Source: an uncultured Acetatifactor sp. (GTDB lineage: Bacteria; Bacillota; Clostridia; Lachnospirales; Lachnospiraceae). From it: 64,000 bases of DNA. Below, piece after piece: positions 18,049 to 28,688 of this stretch; position 1 is the stretch's first letter, and each line of letters opens with the position of its first letter. The stretch lies in contig CANQUQ010000009.1 of NCBI GenBank assembly GCA_947627115.1, positions 14,829 to 78,828 of the forward strand, read 5' to 3'. The translations under genes were made by a program, and so were the position numbers. Below the pieces are notes generated by a model. The model saw only the letters and a list, made by a program, of their open reading frames with translations, had not been told where the DNA came from and searched no databases.

Positions 18049-19179
18049 ATGTATCGCGTTTTAAAGACAGAGGGCCGTGCGAAGAGGGCGGAGCTATGTA
18101 CGGTGCACGGCGTCATTCAGACGCCTGTATTTATGAATGTGGGGACCCTGGCGGCCATAAAAGGTGCGGTGGCCACCTCCGATCTGGAGCAGATCGGCAC
18201 GCAGGTGGAGCTTTCCAACACCTATCATCTCCATGTGCGGCCCGGCGATAAAGTGATAAGACAGCTTGGAGGTCTTCACAGATTCATGTCCTGGAATAAG
18301 CCTATTCTTACGGATTCCGGCGGATTCCAGGTCTTTTCTTTGGCAGGGCTCCGCAAGATCAGGGAGGAGGGAGTCTTTTTCCGTTCCCATATTGACGGAC
18401 ACAGGATCTTCATGGGGCCGGAGGAGAGCATGCAGATCCAATCCAATCTGGCCTCCACCATAGCAATGGCCTTTGACGAGTGCCCGCCCAGCAAGGCGGA
18501 CAGAAGCTATGTGCAGGCGTCCGTGGATCGGACATCCAGATGGCTGGAGCGGTGCAAGCGGGAGATGAAGCGGCTCAATTCTCTGGAGGATACCATCAAT
18601 CCGCAGCAGCTTCTGTTCGGAATCAATCAGGGAGCCGTTTACGAGGATATCCGCATCGAACATGCCAAGCGCATTTCGGAGCTGGAGCTGGACGGCTATG
18701 CGGTGGGCGGTCTGGCGGTGGGCGAGACCCATGAAGAGATGTATCATATCCTGGATGAGGTCGTACCCTTTCTTCCCCAGGACAGACCTACTTATCTGAT
18801 GGGCGTGGGAACGCCCGCAAATATTTTGGAGGGCGTGGAGCGGGGAGTGGACTTCTTTGACTGTGTATATCCGACCAGGAACGGCAGGCACGGCCATCTG
18901 TACACCAACTGCGGGAAGCTGAACCTGTTCAACTCAAAATACGAACTGGATGACAGGCCCATAGAAGAAGGCTGCGGGTGTCCTGCCTGTCAGAGATATT
19001 CCAGGGCTTATATCAGACATCTTCTGAAGGCGAAGGAGATGCTGGGGATGAGGCTGTGCGTACTGCACAACCTGTATTTCTACAATACTATGATGGCCGA
19101 GATCAGGGATGCGCTGGACAACGGAAGCTTTTCGGCGTACAAAAAGGAAAAGCTGGAGAGAATGAGGCCGGAGAAATGA
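18049..19179 (+). CDS. tgt: tRNA-guanine transglycosylase
   Basis: TPVFMNVGT, NTYHL, TDSGGFQV, GGLAVGE, FDCVYPTRNGRHG, CGCPAC. Confidence 0.97.
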   Translation: MYRVLKTEGRAKRAELCTVHGVIQTPVFMNVGTLAAIKGAVATSDLEQIGTQVELSNTYHLHVRPGDKVIRQLGGLHRFMSWNKPILTDSGGFQVFSLAGLRKIREEGVFFRSHIDGHRIFMGPEESMQIQSNLASTIAMAFDECPPSKADRSYVQASVDRTSRWLERCKREMKRLNSLEDTINPQQLLFGINQGAVYEDIRIEHAKRISELELDGYAVGGLAVGETHEEMYHILDEVVPFLPQDRPTYLMGVGTPANILEGVERGVDFFDCVYPTRNGRHGHLYTNCGKLNLFNSKYELDDRPIEEGCGCPACQRYSRAYIRHLLKAKEMLGMRLCVLHNLYFYNTMMAEIRDALDNGSFSAYKKEKLERMRPEK

Positions 19180-19279
19180 AAAACACAGAAAGTGCTTGCC
19201 TGACAGGTATTTTTTGTGTATTATACTTACTTAGAGGTTCAGAAGTATTTTAGGCCATTTGTGCCGGAATGGAGGTAAA

Positions 19280-19591
19280 ATGGGTATTTTTTTGAGTGAG
19301 GGTACTGCGGCGCCCATGAGCCCTATAGGTCTGATCATATTCATGGTGTTGATGTACGGCGCGCTCTGGTTCATCCTGATGCGCCCTCAGAACAAGGAGA
19401 AAAAGCGTGTGGCGGCTATGCTGTCTGCTCTGGAGACCGGTGACAGTATAATGACTACCTCCGGTTTTTACGGGACTGTGATCGATATTGTGGACGACAC
19501 GGTGATCGTTGAGTTCGGAAACAACAAGAACTGCCGTATTCCTATGGACAAGTCGGCCATCAGCAAGGTGGAAAAGCCCGGCGAGAACTGA
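19280..19591 (+). CDS. yajC: Preprotein translocase subunit YajC
   Basis: TM helix then [18 protein letters not shown]; follows tgt; GGAGG RBS. Confidence 0.92.
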   Translation: MGIFLSEGTAAPMSPIGLIIFMVLMYGALWFILMRPQNKEKKRVAAMLSALETGDSIMTTSGFYGTVIDIVDDTVIVEFGNNKNCRIPMDKSAISKVEKPGEN

Positions 19592-19607
19592 CGGACAGAG
19601 AGACTGC

Positions 19608-19638
19608 AAAAGGCAACGCATGGACGCGTTGCTTTTTT
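19608..19638 (+). terminator. Intrinsic terminator after yajC
   Basis: aggcaacgc-atggac-gcgttgctt followed by a T-run. Confidence 0.8.
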
Positions 19639-19642
19639 GTTG

Positions 19643-19671
19643 TTGAAATTTATATTTGTATCAGTTATCAT
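19643..19671 (+). promoter_or_regulatory. Putative sigmaA promoter for leuB-ilvD-ilvB
   Basis: TTGAAA-17-TATCAT. Confidence 0.55.
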
Positions 19672-19719
19672 AGAAACAGTGGCTGTTTATGCCCAATCAT
19701 GAAAAGGGGATGTGAAAAT

Positions 19720-20805
19720 ATGGAATTAAATATTACCTGTATTCCCGGAGACGGCATCGGACCTGAGATTGTGGGCGAGGCCAAAAAGGTCCTGGAGAAA
19801 GTCGCCGCGGTCTACGGTCATAAGATGAACTTTACGGATATTCTCATGGGCGGCGCGTCCATCGACGTACACGGCGTACCGCTTACGGACGAGGCCATTG
19901 CGACGGCCAAAGCGGCGGATGCCGTGCTGATGGGCTCCATCGGCGGCGACACCACCACCTCGCCCTGGTACAGACTGCCTCCGGAGAGGAGGCCTGAGGC
20001 GGGGCTCCTCGGAATCCGGAAGGCCCTGAATCTTTTTGCGAACCTGCGCCCGGCCGTCCTCTACGACGAGCTGGCGGCTGCCTGCCCCTTAAAGGAGGAA
20101 ATCAGCAGGGCGGGTTTTGATATGCTGATCATGAGAGAACTCACCGGCGGCCTGTATTTCGGAGAGCGCAGGACCACTGTGGAGAACGGCGTCAGAAAGG
20201 CCGTCGACACCTTGGTCTACGATGAGAACGAGATCCGCAGGATCGCCGTGAAGGGATTCGATATCGCGAGAAAGCGCAGAAAGAAAGTGACCAGCGTGGA
20301 CAAGGCGAACGTGCTGGATTCCTCCCGGCTCTGGAGAAAGGTAGTGGAGGAGGTGGCGGCGGATTATCCCGACGTTGTGCTGGAGCATATGCTGGTGGAC
20401 AACTGCGCCATGCAGCTTGTGAAGGATCCGGCCCAGTTCGACGTGATCCTCACGGAGAACATGTTCGGCGACATCCTCTCGGACGAGGCAAGTATGGTCA
20501 CCGGCTCCATCGGAATGCTTGCGAGCGCCAGCCTGAACGACACGAAGTTCGGCCTTTACGAGCCCAGTCACGGCTCTGCGCCGGACATCGCGGGCAAGGA
20601 CATCGCCAATCCCATCGCCACAGTGCTGAGCGCCGCCATGATGCTGCGCTACAGCTTTGATCTGGATAAGGAGGCGGACGCCGTGGAGGCGGCGGTCAAG
20701 CAGGTCTTAAAGGAAGGCTACCGCACGGGCGACATCATGTCCGAGGGCTGTAAAAAAGTGGGCTGCCGTGAGATGGGAGATCTGCTGGCAGAGAGAATCG
20801 CGTGA
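19720..20805 (+). CDS. leuB: 3-isopropylmalate dehydrogenase
   Basis: [53 protein letters not shown]. Confidence 0.97.
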   Translation: MELNITCIPGDGIGPEIVGEAKKVLEKVAAVYGHKMNFTDILMGGASIDVHGVPLTDEAIATAKAADAVLMGSIGGDTTTSPWYRLPPERRPEAGLLGIRKALNLFANLRPAVLYDELAAACPLKEEISRAGFDMLIMRELTGGLYFGERRTTVENGVRKAVDTLVYDENEIRRIAVKGFDIARKRRKKVTSVDKANVLDSSRLWRKVVEEVAADYPDVVLEHMLVDNCAMQLVKDPAQFDVILTENMFGDILSDEASMVTGSIGMLASASLNDTKFGLYEPSHGSAPDIAGKDIANPIATVLSAAMMLRYSFDLDKEADAVEAAVKQVLKEGYRTGDIMSEGCKKVGCREMGDLLAERIA

Positions 20806-20898
20806 AAAACACATAAAAACATAAGCTTTGTCAGTCCCGCCCGGCGCTGCCGGCAGGGATCTGAAATACACAGAGGGCAGCGCAGAAATGAGGAGAAA

Positions 20899-22572
20899 AT
20901 GATAAGTGACAATGCGAGGGCCGGTATGCAGCAGGCGCCGGCGAGAAGTCTGTTCAACGCTCTTGGCTTTACGCCGGAGGAAATGAAAAAGCCCATGGTG
21001 GGCATCGTGAGTTCTTACAACGAGATCGTTCCCGGACATATGAATCTGGATAAGATCGTGGACGCCGTGAAGCTGGGCGTTGCGGAGGCGGGAGGCGTTC
21101 CCGTGGTGTTCCCCGCCATCGCGGTGTGCGACGGCATCGCCATGGGACATATCGGGATGAAGTACTCCCTGGTGACCAGGGATCTGATCGCGGATTCCAC
21201 GGAGTGCATGGCCATCGCCCATCAGTTCGACGCTCTGGTGATGGTCCCCAACTGTGACAAGAACGTGCCGGGCCTTCTGATGGCTGCGGCGAGACTGAAC
21301 CTTCCCACGGTGTTCGTATCCGGCGGCCCCATGCTGGCAGGCCATGTGAAGGGACAGAAGAGAAGTCTCTCCTCCATGTTCGAGGCGGTGGGTTCCTACG
21401 CGGCCGGGACCATGACCGAGGAGGATGTGTGTGAATTTGAGAACAAGGTCTGCCCGACCTGCGGCTCCTGTTCCGGTATGTATACGGCCAATTCCATGAA
21501 CTGTCTGACGGAGGCTCTGGGCATGGGGCTTCGGGGCAACGGAACCATTCCGGCCGTCTATTCCGAGCGCATCAAGCTGGCAAAGCACGCCGGCATGGCG
21601 GTGATGGAGCTCGTAAGGAAAAATATCCGCGCGAGGGATATCATCACAAAGGAGTCCATTCTGAACGCCCTGACGGTGGATATGGCGCTGGGCTGCTCCA
21701 CGAACTCCATGTTGCATCTGCCGGCCATTGCCCATGAGATCGGCTTTGATTTTGATATCAGTTTTGCAAATCCTATCAGTGAAAAGACGCCGAACCTTTG
21801 CCACCTTGCTCCTGCAGGCCCCACCTACATGGAGGATCTGAATGAGGCGGGCGGCGTGTACGCCGTGATGAAGGAGCTGGCGGACATCGGTCTTCTGCAT
21901 ACGGAGTGCATGACGGTCACGGGAAGTACCATCGGGGAGAATATCGCCGGTGCCGTGAACCGCAATCCCGAAGTGATCCGTCCCGTGGACCGTCCCTACA
22001 GCAAGACCGGCGGACTGGCCGTGCTGAAGGGCAATCTTGCCCCGGACGGCTCCGTCGTGAAACGCTCCGCGGTAGTGGAAGAGATGATGGTGCATCAGGG
22101 TCCTGCCAGAGTCTTCGACTGCGAGGAGGACGCCATCGCCGCCATCAAGGGCGGAAAGATCGTGGCGGGCGACGTGGTCGTGATCCGCTATGAGGGCCCT
22201 AAGGGCGGCCCCGGTATGAGGGAGATGCTGAATCCTACCTCCGCCATCGCCGGCATGGGTCTGGGCTCCAGCGTGGCGCTGATCACTGACGGCAGGTTCT
22301 CCGGCGCGTCCAGAGGCGCTTCCATCGGCCATGTCTCTCCTGAGGCGGCCGTGGGCGGCCCCATCGCGCTGGTGGAGGAGGGGGATATGATAAATATCGA
22401 TATTCCCGGTCTGAAGCTGGAGCTTCTGGTGCCCGATGAGGTGCTGGAGGAGCGCCGCGCGAAGTGGCAGCCGAGAACTCCCCAGGTGACCACCGGATAT
22501 CTTACCAGATACTGCGAGATGGTGACCAGCGGCAACCGGGGCGCGGTCCTGGAAGTGCCCCACAGACAGTAG
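20899..22572 (+). CDS. ilvD: Dihydroxy-acid dehydratase
   Basis: [44 protein letters not shown]. Confidence 0.97.
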   Translation: MISDNARAGMQQAPARSLFNALGFTPEEMKKPMVGIVSSYNEIVPGHMNLDKIVDAVKLGVAEAGGVPVVFPAIAVCDGIAMGHIGMKYSLVTRDLIADSTECMAIAHQFDALVMVPNCDKNVPGLLMAAARLNLPTVFVSGGPMLAGHVKGQKRSLSSMFEAVGSYAAGTMTEEDVCEFENKVCPTCGSCSGMYTANSMNCLTEALGMGLRGNGTIPAVYSERIKLAKHAGMAVMELVRKNIRARDIITKESILNALTVDMALGCSTNSMLHLPAIAHEIGFDFDISFANPISEKTPNLCHLAPAGPTYMEDLNEAGGVYAVMKELADIGLLHTECMTVTGSTIGENIAGAVNRNPEVIRPVDRPYSKTGGLAVLKGNLAPDGSVVKRSAVVEEMMVHQGPARVFDCEEDAIAAIKGGKIVAGDVVVIRYEGPKGGPGMREMLNPTSAIAGMGLGSSVALITDGRFSGASRGASIGHVSPEAAVGGPIALVEEGDMINIDIPGLKLELLVPDEVLEERRAKWQPRTPQVTTGYLTRYCEMVTSGNRGAVLEVPHRQ

Positions 22573-22619
22573 GCGCTTGGACGCAGATCATCAAACCACA
22601 ATATAAAGGAGAATACAAC

Positions 22620-24290
22620 ATGCAGCTTACAGGTTCGGAAATCGTTTTGGAATGTTTGAAGGAGCAGGGAGTGGACACTGTCTTTGGCTATCCGGGCGGT
22701 ACCATCCTGAACATTTACGATGAACTTTACAAGCACAGCGACGAGATCAGACATATCCTCACCTCCCACGAGCAGGGAGCCGCCCACGCGGCGGACGGCT
22801 ATGCAAGGGCCACCGGCAGGGTGGGCGTGTGCATGGCAACGAGCGGACCCGGTGCCACCAACCTTGTGACAGGCATCGCCACCGCATTTATGGACTCCGT
22901 TCCCATGGTGGCGATCACCGCCAACGTAAACCTTCCCATGCTGGGAAAGGACAGCTTCCAGGAGGTGGATATTGCGGGCGTCACGATCCCCATCACAAAG
23001 CACAGCTTTATCGTGAAGAACGTGGCGGATCTGGCCCCTACTCTGCGGAGAGCCTTCGACATAGCGACCAGCGGGCGTCCCGGTCCTGTTCTGGTGGATA
23101 TCACCAAGGACGTGACGGCGGCCACGTGCGAATATACGCCGGTGAAGCCGAAGGAAAAGGAGCGCAGCGCCTCCTACTCTCCGGAGGAGATGGAGAGAGT
23201 GCTGGAGTATATCCGGGCGGCGGAAAAGCCGTATATCTATCTTGGCGGCGGTGCGATACTGTCCGAGGCGTCAGCGGAGGTCGCCGAGTTCGCGGAGCTT
23301 ATCGACGCGCCCGTCTGCGACACCCTGATGGCGAAGGGCGCCTTTGACGGAACCGGCCCGCGCTATACCGGCATGATCGGTATGCACGGCACCAAGACCT
23401 CCAACCTGGGTGTCAGTCAGTGCGATCTGCTGATCGCGCTGGGAGCGAGATTCTCCGACCGCGTGATCGGCAATCCTCACAAGTTCGCGGAGAATGCCAA
23501 GATCATACACCTTGATATCGACGCCGCAGAGATCAACAAAAATATCCGTGTGGACGCAAGCCTGGTGGGCGATCTGAAGGTGGTGCTCACGGAGCTGAAC
23601 AAACGTCTGGAGAAGATGCAGCATACGGAATGGATGCATACCATACAGGAGCTGAAGGAAAAATATCCGTTGAAATATGACGGCAGCAGGCTTTCCTGTC
23701 CCTATGTGATGGAGACCATCGATAAAGTGACGGGGGGAGAGGCGCTGATCACCACCGATGTGGGACAACATCAGATGTGGGCGGCACAGTACTATCACTA
23801 TACAAAGCCCCGCACCTTCCTGTCCTCAGGAGGCCTGGGGACCATGGGGTACGGTCTCGGCGCCTGCATCGGCGCCCAGGTGGGACAGCCCGACAAGCTC
23901 TGCATCAATATTGCGGGCGACGGCTGCTTCCGCATGAACATGAATGAGCTGGCTACTGCAAGCCGCTACAATATTCCCATCATTCAGGTGGTGATCAACA
24001 ACCATGTGCTGGGGATGGTCCGCCAGTGGCAGACCCTGTTCTACGGGAAGCGCTACTCACAGACGGTGCTGAACGACAAAGTGGATTTCTGCAAGGTCGC
24101 GGAGGGGCTGGGCTGTGCGGCGATCCGTGTCACAGAGAAGGAGGAGGTCGCTCCTGCCCTTGAGAAGGCCATCGCCATGAAGGCACCCGTGCTCATTGAA
24201 TGTGTGATACCGGAGGACGACAAGGTATTTCCCATGGTTCCTGCGGGCGCGCCCATTGCGGATGTATTCGACGGAGACGATCTGACTTAA
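22620..24290 (+). CDS. ilvB: Acetolactate synthase large subunit
   Basis: FGYPGG, HEQGAAHAADG, TSGPGATN, GRPGPV, SGGLGTMG, GDG...NN TPP-binding motif. Confidence 0.95.
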   Translation: MQLTGSEIVLECLKEQGVDTVFGYPGGTILNIYDELYKHSDEIRHILTSHEQGAAHAADGYARATGRVGVCMATSGPGATNLVTGIATAFMDSVPMVAITANVNLPMLGKDSFQEVDIAGVTIPITKHSFIVKNVADLAPTLRRAFDIATSGRPGPVLVDITKDVTAATCEYTPVKPKEKERSASYSPEEMERVLEYIRAAEKPYIYLGGGAILSEASAEVAEFAELIDAPVCDTLMAKGAFDGTGPRYTGMIGMHGTKTSNLGVSQCDLLIALGARFSDRVIGNPHKFAENAKIIHLDIDAAEINKNIRVDASLVGDLKVVLTELNKRLEKMQHTEWMHTIQELKEKYPLKYDGSRLSCPYVMETIDKVTGGEALITTDVGQHQMWAAQYYHYTKPRTFLSSGGLGTMGYGLGACIGAQVGQPDKLCINIAGDGCFRMNMNELATASRYNIPIIQVVINNHVLGMVRQWQTLFYGKRYSQTVLNDKVDFCKVAEGLGCAAIRVTEKEEVAPALEKAIAMKAPVLIECVIPEDDKVFPMVPAGAPIADVFDGDDLT

Positions 24291-24316
24291 AGAAGGATGA
24301 CAGGTAACAAACATTT

Positions 24317-25723
24317 ATGAAGAAACTACTTCGTTTCCTGGTGCTTTTTCTGCTGGTGGGAATCCTTCTGATGCTTGGTATGGGCCTGGCACTGGGACTG
24401 TATTACCGAAATCATTTTCCCGTGAATACCTGGATCAATGGAGTCTATTGTACCGGGAAAACGCTGGAGCAGGTAAATCGGGAGCTCTCCCAGAAGACCG
24501 ACGTGCCTGCGGCGGTCATTGTGGGGATGGACGGCAGGGACGGGCAGCTGGATCTGCGCCGGGCGGAAGGCAGGGCGGATTACACCGCCGTGCTGGTCCG
24601 TTATCTTTATAAAAACGCCTTTTTGCTGTGGGCAGAAAATCTACGGGAACCTGTGCGGGAAGAGCTGGAAGCGGACAGTTACGTTTACGACCGGGATAAG
24701 CTCCGGGAAGACTTTGAAGAACTGGATATCATCAGCGAAGCCCGGAAGACGGACCCCGGCGTTCGGCTGATCCGGAGCGTGCGGGGATACGAATTGCAGG
24801 ACGGAAATACCGCGCATCTGGATGTGGAACAGGCCTTTGCATATCTGGAGGAATGTCTTTCCAGGGGAGAATGCCATGTGGACCTGGCGGACGGAAATTG
24901 CTATACAGCGCTGGAGGACAGCGAATATGACGAACATGTCAGAATGATATGGGAACGCCTGCAGGAATACACCGACCGTTCCATTGTCTATGATATGGGG
25001 ACGGAGGACATTCCGCTGTCCGCGGATATCCTGTGTGATTTTCTTGACGTTGGGAAGGACGCTCTGCCTGTTCCGGCCGCAGGGGGCGGCCTTGTGCTGA
25101 ACGAGGGTAAAATAAGAGCCTGGCTGGAGGGATTGGCACAGACCTACAACACCGTCGGTACAGAGCTGGAATTTCACGCCACCAGAGGCGATGTGGTCAA
25201 GGTAAAGTACGAAACATACGGCACAGAGCTGGATGTGGAGACGGAGACGGCATATCTGACAAAGGTCCTGTCGGGTTCCGGGGGGACGGAGGAGGACCGG
25301 CATGTCCCGGCCTACCTTCACCAGGGATATGTGCGGGGGCTGGACGATATCGGCGGCACTTATATTGAAGTGGACATGACTGAGCAGCATATGTATTATT
25401 ATGTGGACGGAGAGCTGGCCCTGGATACCGATGTGGTCACCGGATGTACGGGACTCAGGAGAGGAACGCCCCAGGGTGTGAATTTTGTCTACGCCAAACA
25501 GCGCAACAGGATCCTCCGGGGGCCGGATTACGCCTCCCCCGTAAAGTACTGGATGCCCGTGCGGGGACATGTGGGGATCCACGATGCCGACTGGCGTTCC
25601 CGCTTCGGCGGAAAGATTTATAAGACCGACGGCTCCCACGGCTGCATCAATACGCCGCCAAAGAAGATGGCGGAGCTGTATGAGATGGTGGAGATCGGCA
25701 CGCCTGTCATTACGTTCTATTAA
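24317..25723 (+). CDS. Membrane-anchored L,D-transpeptidase (YkuD domain)
   Basis: N-terminal TM; IEVDMTEQ, GIHDA, GSHGCIN. Confidence 0.88.
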   Translation: MKKLLRFLVLFLLVGILLMLGMGLALGLYYRNHFPVNTWINGVYCTGKTLEQVNRELSQKTDVPAAVIVGMDGRDGQLDLRRAEGRADYTAVLVRYLYKNAFLLWAENLREPVREELEADSYVYDRDKLREDFEELDIISEARKTDPGVRLIRSVRGYELQDGNTAHLDVEQAFAYLEECLSRGECHVDLADGNCYTALEDSEYDEHVRMIWERLQEYTDRSIVYDMGTEDIPLSADILCDFLDVGKDALPVPAAGGGLVLNEGKIRAWLEGLAQTYNTVGTELEFHATRGDVVKVKYETYGTELDVETETAYLTKVLSGSGGTEEDRHVPAYLHQGYVRGLDDIGGTYIEVDMTEQHMYYYVDGELALDTDVVTGCTGLRRGTPQGVNFVYAKQRNRILRGPDYASPVKYWMPVRGHVGIHDADWRSRFGGKIYKTDGSHGCINTPPKKMAELYEMVEIGTPVITFY

Positions 25724-25815
25724 TTTTCTGTTGACGAAAGTGCCCGAAAAGATTATTCTATACCTATGTGTGAAAAGCAAAAAATGTTAATATAGGAAAG
25801 ACGAGGAGGAAAATC

Positions 25816-26898
25816 ATGTCGAGAGTATACAATTTTTCCGCAGGCCCTGCCGTGCTGCCGGAAGAGGTCCTGAGAGAAGCCGCAGATGAGATGCTGGACT
25901 ACAGAGGTACCGGAATGTCCGTTATGGAGATGAGCCACCGGTCCAAGGCATACGAGACGATCATCAAGGAGGCGGAGGCAGATATCAGGGAGCTGATGAA
26001 CATTCCTGACAACTATAAGGTGCTGTTCCTGCAGGGCGGCGCCAGCCAGCAGTTCGCTATGATCCCCATGAATCTGATGAAGAACAGGAAGGCGGCCTAC
26101 ATAGTGACGGGCCAGTGGGCGAAGAAGGCCTTTCAGGAGGCAAAGCTCTACGGCGAGGCGGTGGAGGTGGCTTCCTCGGCAGACAAGACCTTCTCCTATA
26201 TCCCCGACTGTTCCGATCTGGATATTCCGGAGGACGCCGACTATGTGTATATCTGCGAGAACAATACCATCTATGGGACAAAGTTCTGGAAGCTTCCCAA
26301 TACCAAGGGCCATACCCTTGTGGCGGATGTGTCCAGCTGCTTCCTGTCCGAGCCCGTGGACGTGACAAAGTACGGTGTGATCTACGGCGGCGTTCAGAAG
26401 AATATCGGACCGGCGGGCGTGGTCATCGTGATCATCCGCGAGGATCTGATCACCGAGGATGTCCTTCCCGGCACCCCCACCATGCTGCGCTACAAGATCC
26501 ATGCAGATAACGGGTCGCTGTACAATACGCCTCCCGCATACGGCATATATATCTGCGGCAAGGTGTTCAAGTGGATCAAGAAGATGGGCGGCCTGCAGGC
26601 CATGAAGGAGCGCAACGAGAAAAAGGCCAAGATACTTTACGATTTCCTGGACGAGAGCAGGCTGTTCCGTGGAACGGTCCGCAGGGAAGACCGCTCTCTG
26701 ATGAATGTTCCCTTTGTGACGGGCAGTGAGGAGCTGGATGCCAAGTTCGTCAAGGAGGCGAAGGAGGCCGGCTTCGAGAACCTGAAGGGACACAGGACCG
26801 TGGGCGGCATGAGAGCAAGCATCTACAATGCGATGCCGATCGAAGGTGTGGAGAAGCTTGTGGAGTTCATGAAAAAATTTGAGGCGGAGAACGCCTGA
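25816..26898 (+). CDS. serC: Phosphoserine aminotransferase
   Basis: YNFSAGPAVLP, MEMSHRS, FLQGGAS, GVQKNIGPAG, NTPP, GHRTVGGMRASIYNA. Confidence 0.97.
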   Translation: MSRVYNFSAGPAVLPEEVLREAADEMLDYRGTGMSVMEMSHRSKAYETIIKEAEADIRELMNIPDNYKVLFLQGGASQQFAMIPMNLMKNRKAAYIVTGQWAKKAFQEAKLYGEAVEVASSADKTFSYIPDCSDLDIPEDADYVYICENNTIYGTKFWKLPNTKGHTLVADVSSCFLSEPVDVTKYGVIYGGVQKNIGPAGVVIVIIREDLITEDVLPGTPTMLRYKIHADNGSLYNTPPAYGIYICGKVFKWIKKMGGLQAMKERNEKKAKILYDFLDESRLFRGTVRREDRSLMNVPFVTGSEELDAKFVKEAKEAGFENLKGHRTVGGMRASIYNAMPIEGVEKLVEFMKKFEAENA

Positions 26899-26961
26899 AC
26901 GCGCTTCCGGCAGAAGGCACGGAAATGCGCGGAATGTTCTGACATAGAGAGGAAAAGAGAC

Positions 26962-28125
26962 ATGTATAAGATAAATTGCATGAATCCCATCGCCAAGGTG
27001 GGGCTGAACAATTTCAGCGATCAGTATGAGATAACGGAGGAAGTACAGGAAGCCGACGGCATCCTGGTGAGAAGCGCTTCCATGCATGAGATGGAACTGC
27101 CCAAGGGGCTGCTGGCAGTGGCCAGGGCCGGGGCCGGCGTCAACAATATTCCGCTGGATAAGTGCGCAGAGCACGGCGTGGTGGTGTTCAACACTCCCGG
27201 CGCCAACGCCAACGGTGTAAAGGAGCTGGTACTGGCGGGCATGCTGCTGGCCGCCAGAGATGTGGTGGGCGGAATCGAATGGGTAAAGTCCGCCAGGGAC
27301 GACGAGAATATCTCCAAGGCCGCAGAAAAAGAAAAGAAGAAATTTGCGGGGACCGAGATCAAGGGGAAGAAGCTGGGCGTGATCGGACTGGGCGCCATCG
27401 GCGTCAAGGTCGCGAACGCGGCAGCGGCTCTCGACATGGAAGTATACGGCTATGATCCCTATCTGTCCGTGAACGCGGCCTGGAGCCTCAGCCGCGCCGT
27501 AAAGCACGTGTTCAACGTGGACGACATCTATGCGGAGTGCGACTACATTACCATTCATGTGCCTTTGATGGATTCCACCAGGGGCATGATCAATGCCGAA
27601 GCCATCGCAAAGATGAAGGACGGCGTGAATATCATGAACTTTGCCAGAGATCTTCTGGCTGACGAGAAGGATGTCCTGGAGGGCCTGAAGAGCGGCAAGA
27701 TTGCCCATTATGTTTCCGATTTCCCCAATCCTACCACGGCGGGACAGCCTGGCTGCATCGTCATTCCTCATCTGGGCGCCAGCACGGAGGAGTCCGAGGA
27801 CAACTGTGCGGTGATGGCGGTCGAGGAGCTGAAGGATTATCTGGAGAACGGCAATATCAGGAACAGCGTGAACTACCCGGCCTGCGACATGGGCATTTGC
27901 AGCCAGGCGGGACGCGTGGCTATTTTCCACAAGAACATTGCCAATATGATCACAAAGTTTACCGCCGTTTTCGGAGAGAAGGGCATCAATATCAGCGATC
28001 TGACCAACAAGTCCCGCGGGGAGGTCGCATATACCATGCTGGACGTAGAGACAGCGCCCACCGCCGAGATCGTTGAGGCGCTGGAGAAGATCGAGGGAGT
28101 GTTCCGCGCCAGGATCGTCAAGTGA
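26962..28125 (+). CDS. serA: D-3-phosphoglycerate dehydrogenase with ACT domain
   Basis: RAGAGVNNI, GLGAIG, NFAR, PHLGASTEE, C-terminal ACT (HKNIANM). Confidence 0.93.
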   Translation: MYKINCMNPIAKVGLNNFSDQYEITEEVQEADGILVRSASMHEMELPKGLLAVARAGAGVNNIPLDKCAEHGVVVFNTPGANANGVKELVLAGMLLAARDVVGGIEWVKSARDDENISKAAEKEKKKFAGTEIKGKKLGVIGLGAIGVKVANAAAALDMEVYGYDPYLSVNAAWSLSRAVKHVFNVDDIYAECDYITIHVPLMDSTRGMINAEAIAKMKDGVNIMNFARDLLADEKDVLEGLKSGKIAHYVSDFPNPTTAGQPGCIVIPHLGASTEESEDNCAVMAVEELKDYLENGNIRNSVNYPACDMGICSQAGRVAIFHKNIANMITKFTAVFGEKGINISDLTNKSRGEVAYTMLDVETAPTAEIVEALEKIEGVFRARIVK

Positions 28126-28203
28126 CGGGCGGAATCCGGACCTGCCTGAAGGGATGGCGCGCCGGTGCGCGGAATGCGGATACCGGACAATAAATTACAA
28201 AAT

Positions 28204-28253
28204 AAAAGACATCCGCGCAGGTCGGACGACCTGCGAAAGGATGTCTCTTTTTT
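28204..28253. terminator. Strong (likely bidirectional) terminator after serA
   Basis: agacatcc/ggatgtct outer stem plus cgcaggtc/gacctgcg inner stem; flanked by A4 and a T-run. Confidence 0.8.
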
Positions 28254-28536
28254 ATCGGAACAGGAGCGGCGTGCCGCCGTCAAAGCCGTCATTCAAGTCC
28301 TGCAGACGGTCGGCGAGCTTTTTGTTGGTGGAGCAGCTGGCCTCGCTCTGCAGATCCATATACAGGATAAAGACCTCCTCCAGGCTCATGTCCTTTTCCT
28401 TTGCGATTTCCTCCATGACGGGCCTCAGCTTTTCCAGCTGGACAGAGACGGGGACCTTCTGGGGATCTATCTCTCCCAGGACGTTTTCGGCGTAAGCATT
28501 GATGCGCGCAAGCAGCGCTTTATTTTCCTCTGTCAT
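28252..28536 (-). CDS. Hypothetical small acidic helical protein (94 aa)
   Basis: MTEENKALLARINAY...; AGGAAGG RBS on minus strand; no recognised family. Confidence 0.7.
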   Translation of the reverse strand: MTEENKALLARINAYAENVLGEIDPQKVPVSVQLEKLRPVMEEIAKEKDMSLEEVFILYMDLQSEASCSTNKKLADRLQDLNDGFDGGTPLLFR

Positions 28537-28688
28537 GATCATACCTTCCTTCTTTTCGTGGCCGCTGTCCCGATAATGACAGCAAAATATATTTTCTATC
28601 CCATAGTTTATCATCAGATGCTTGTTATGTATAGCAATTTTTGTTAAAATAACCTGGACAGCTCAAATATCGGAAAAGGAGAATTCCC

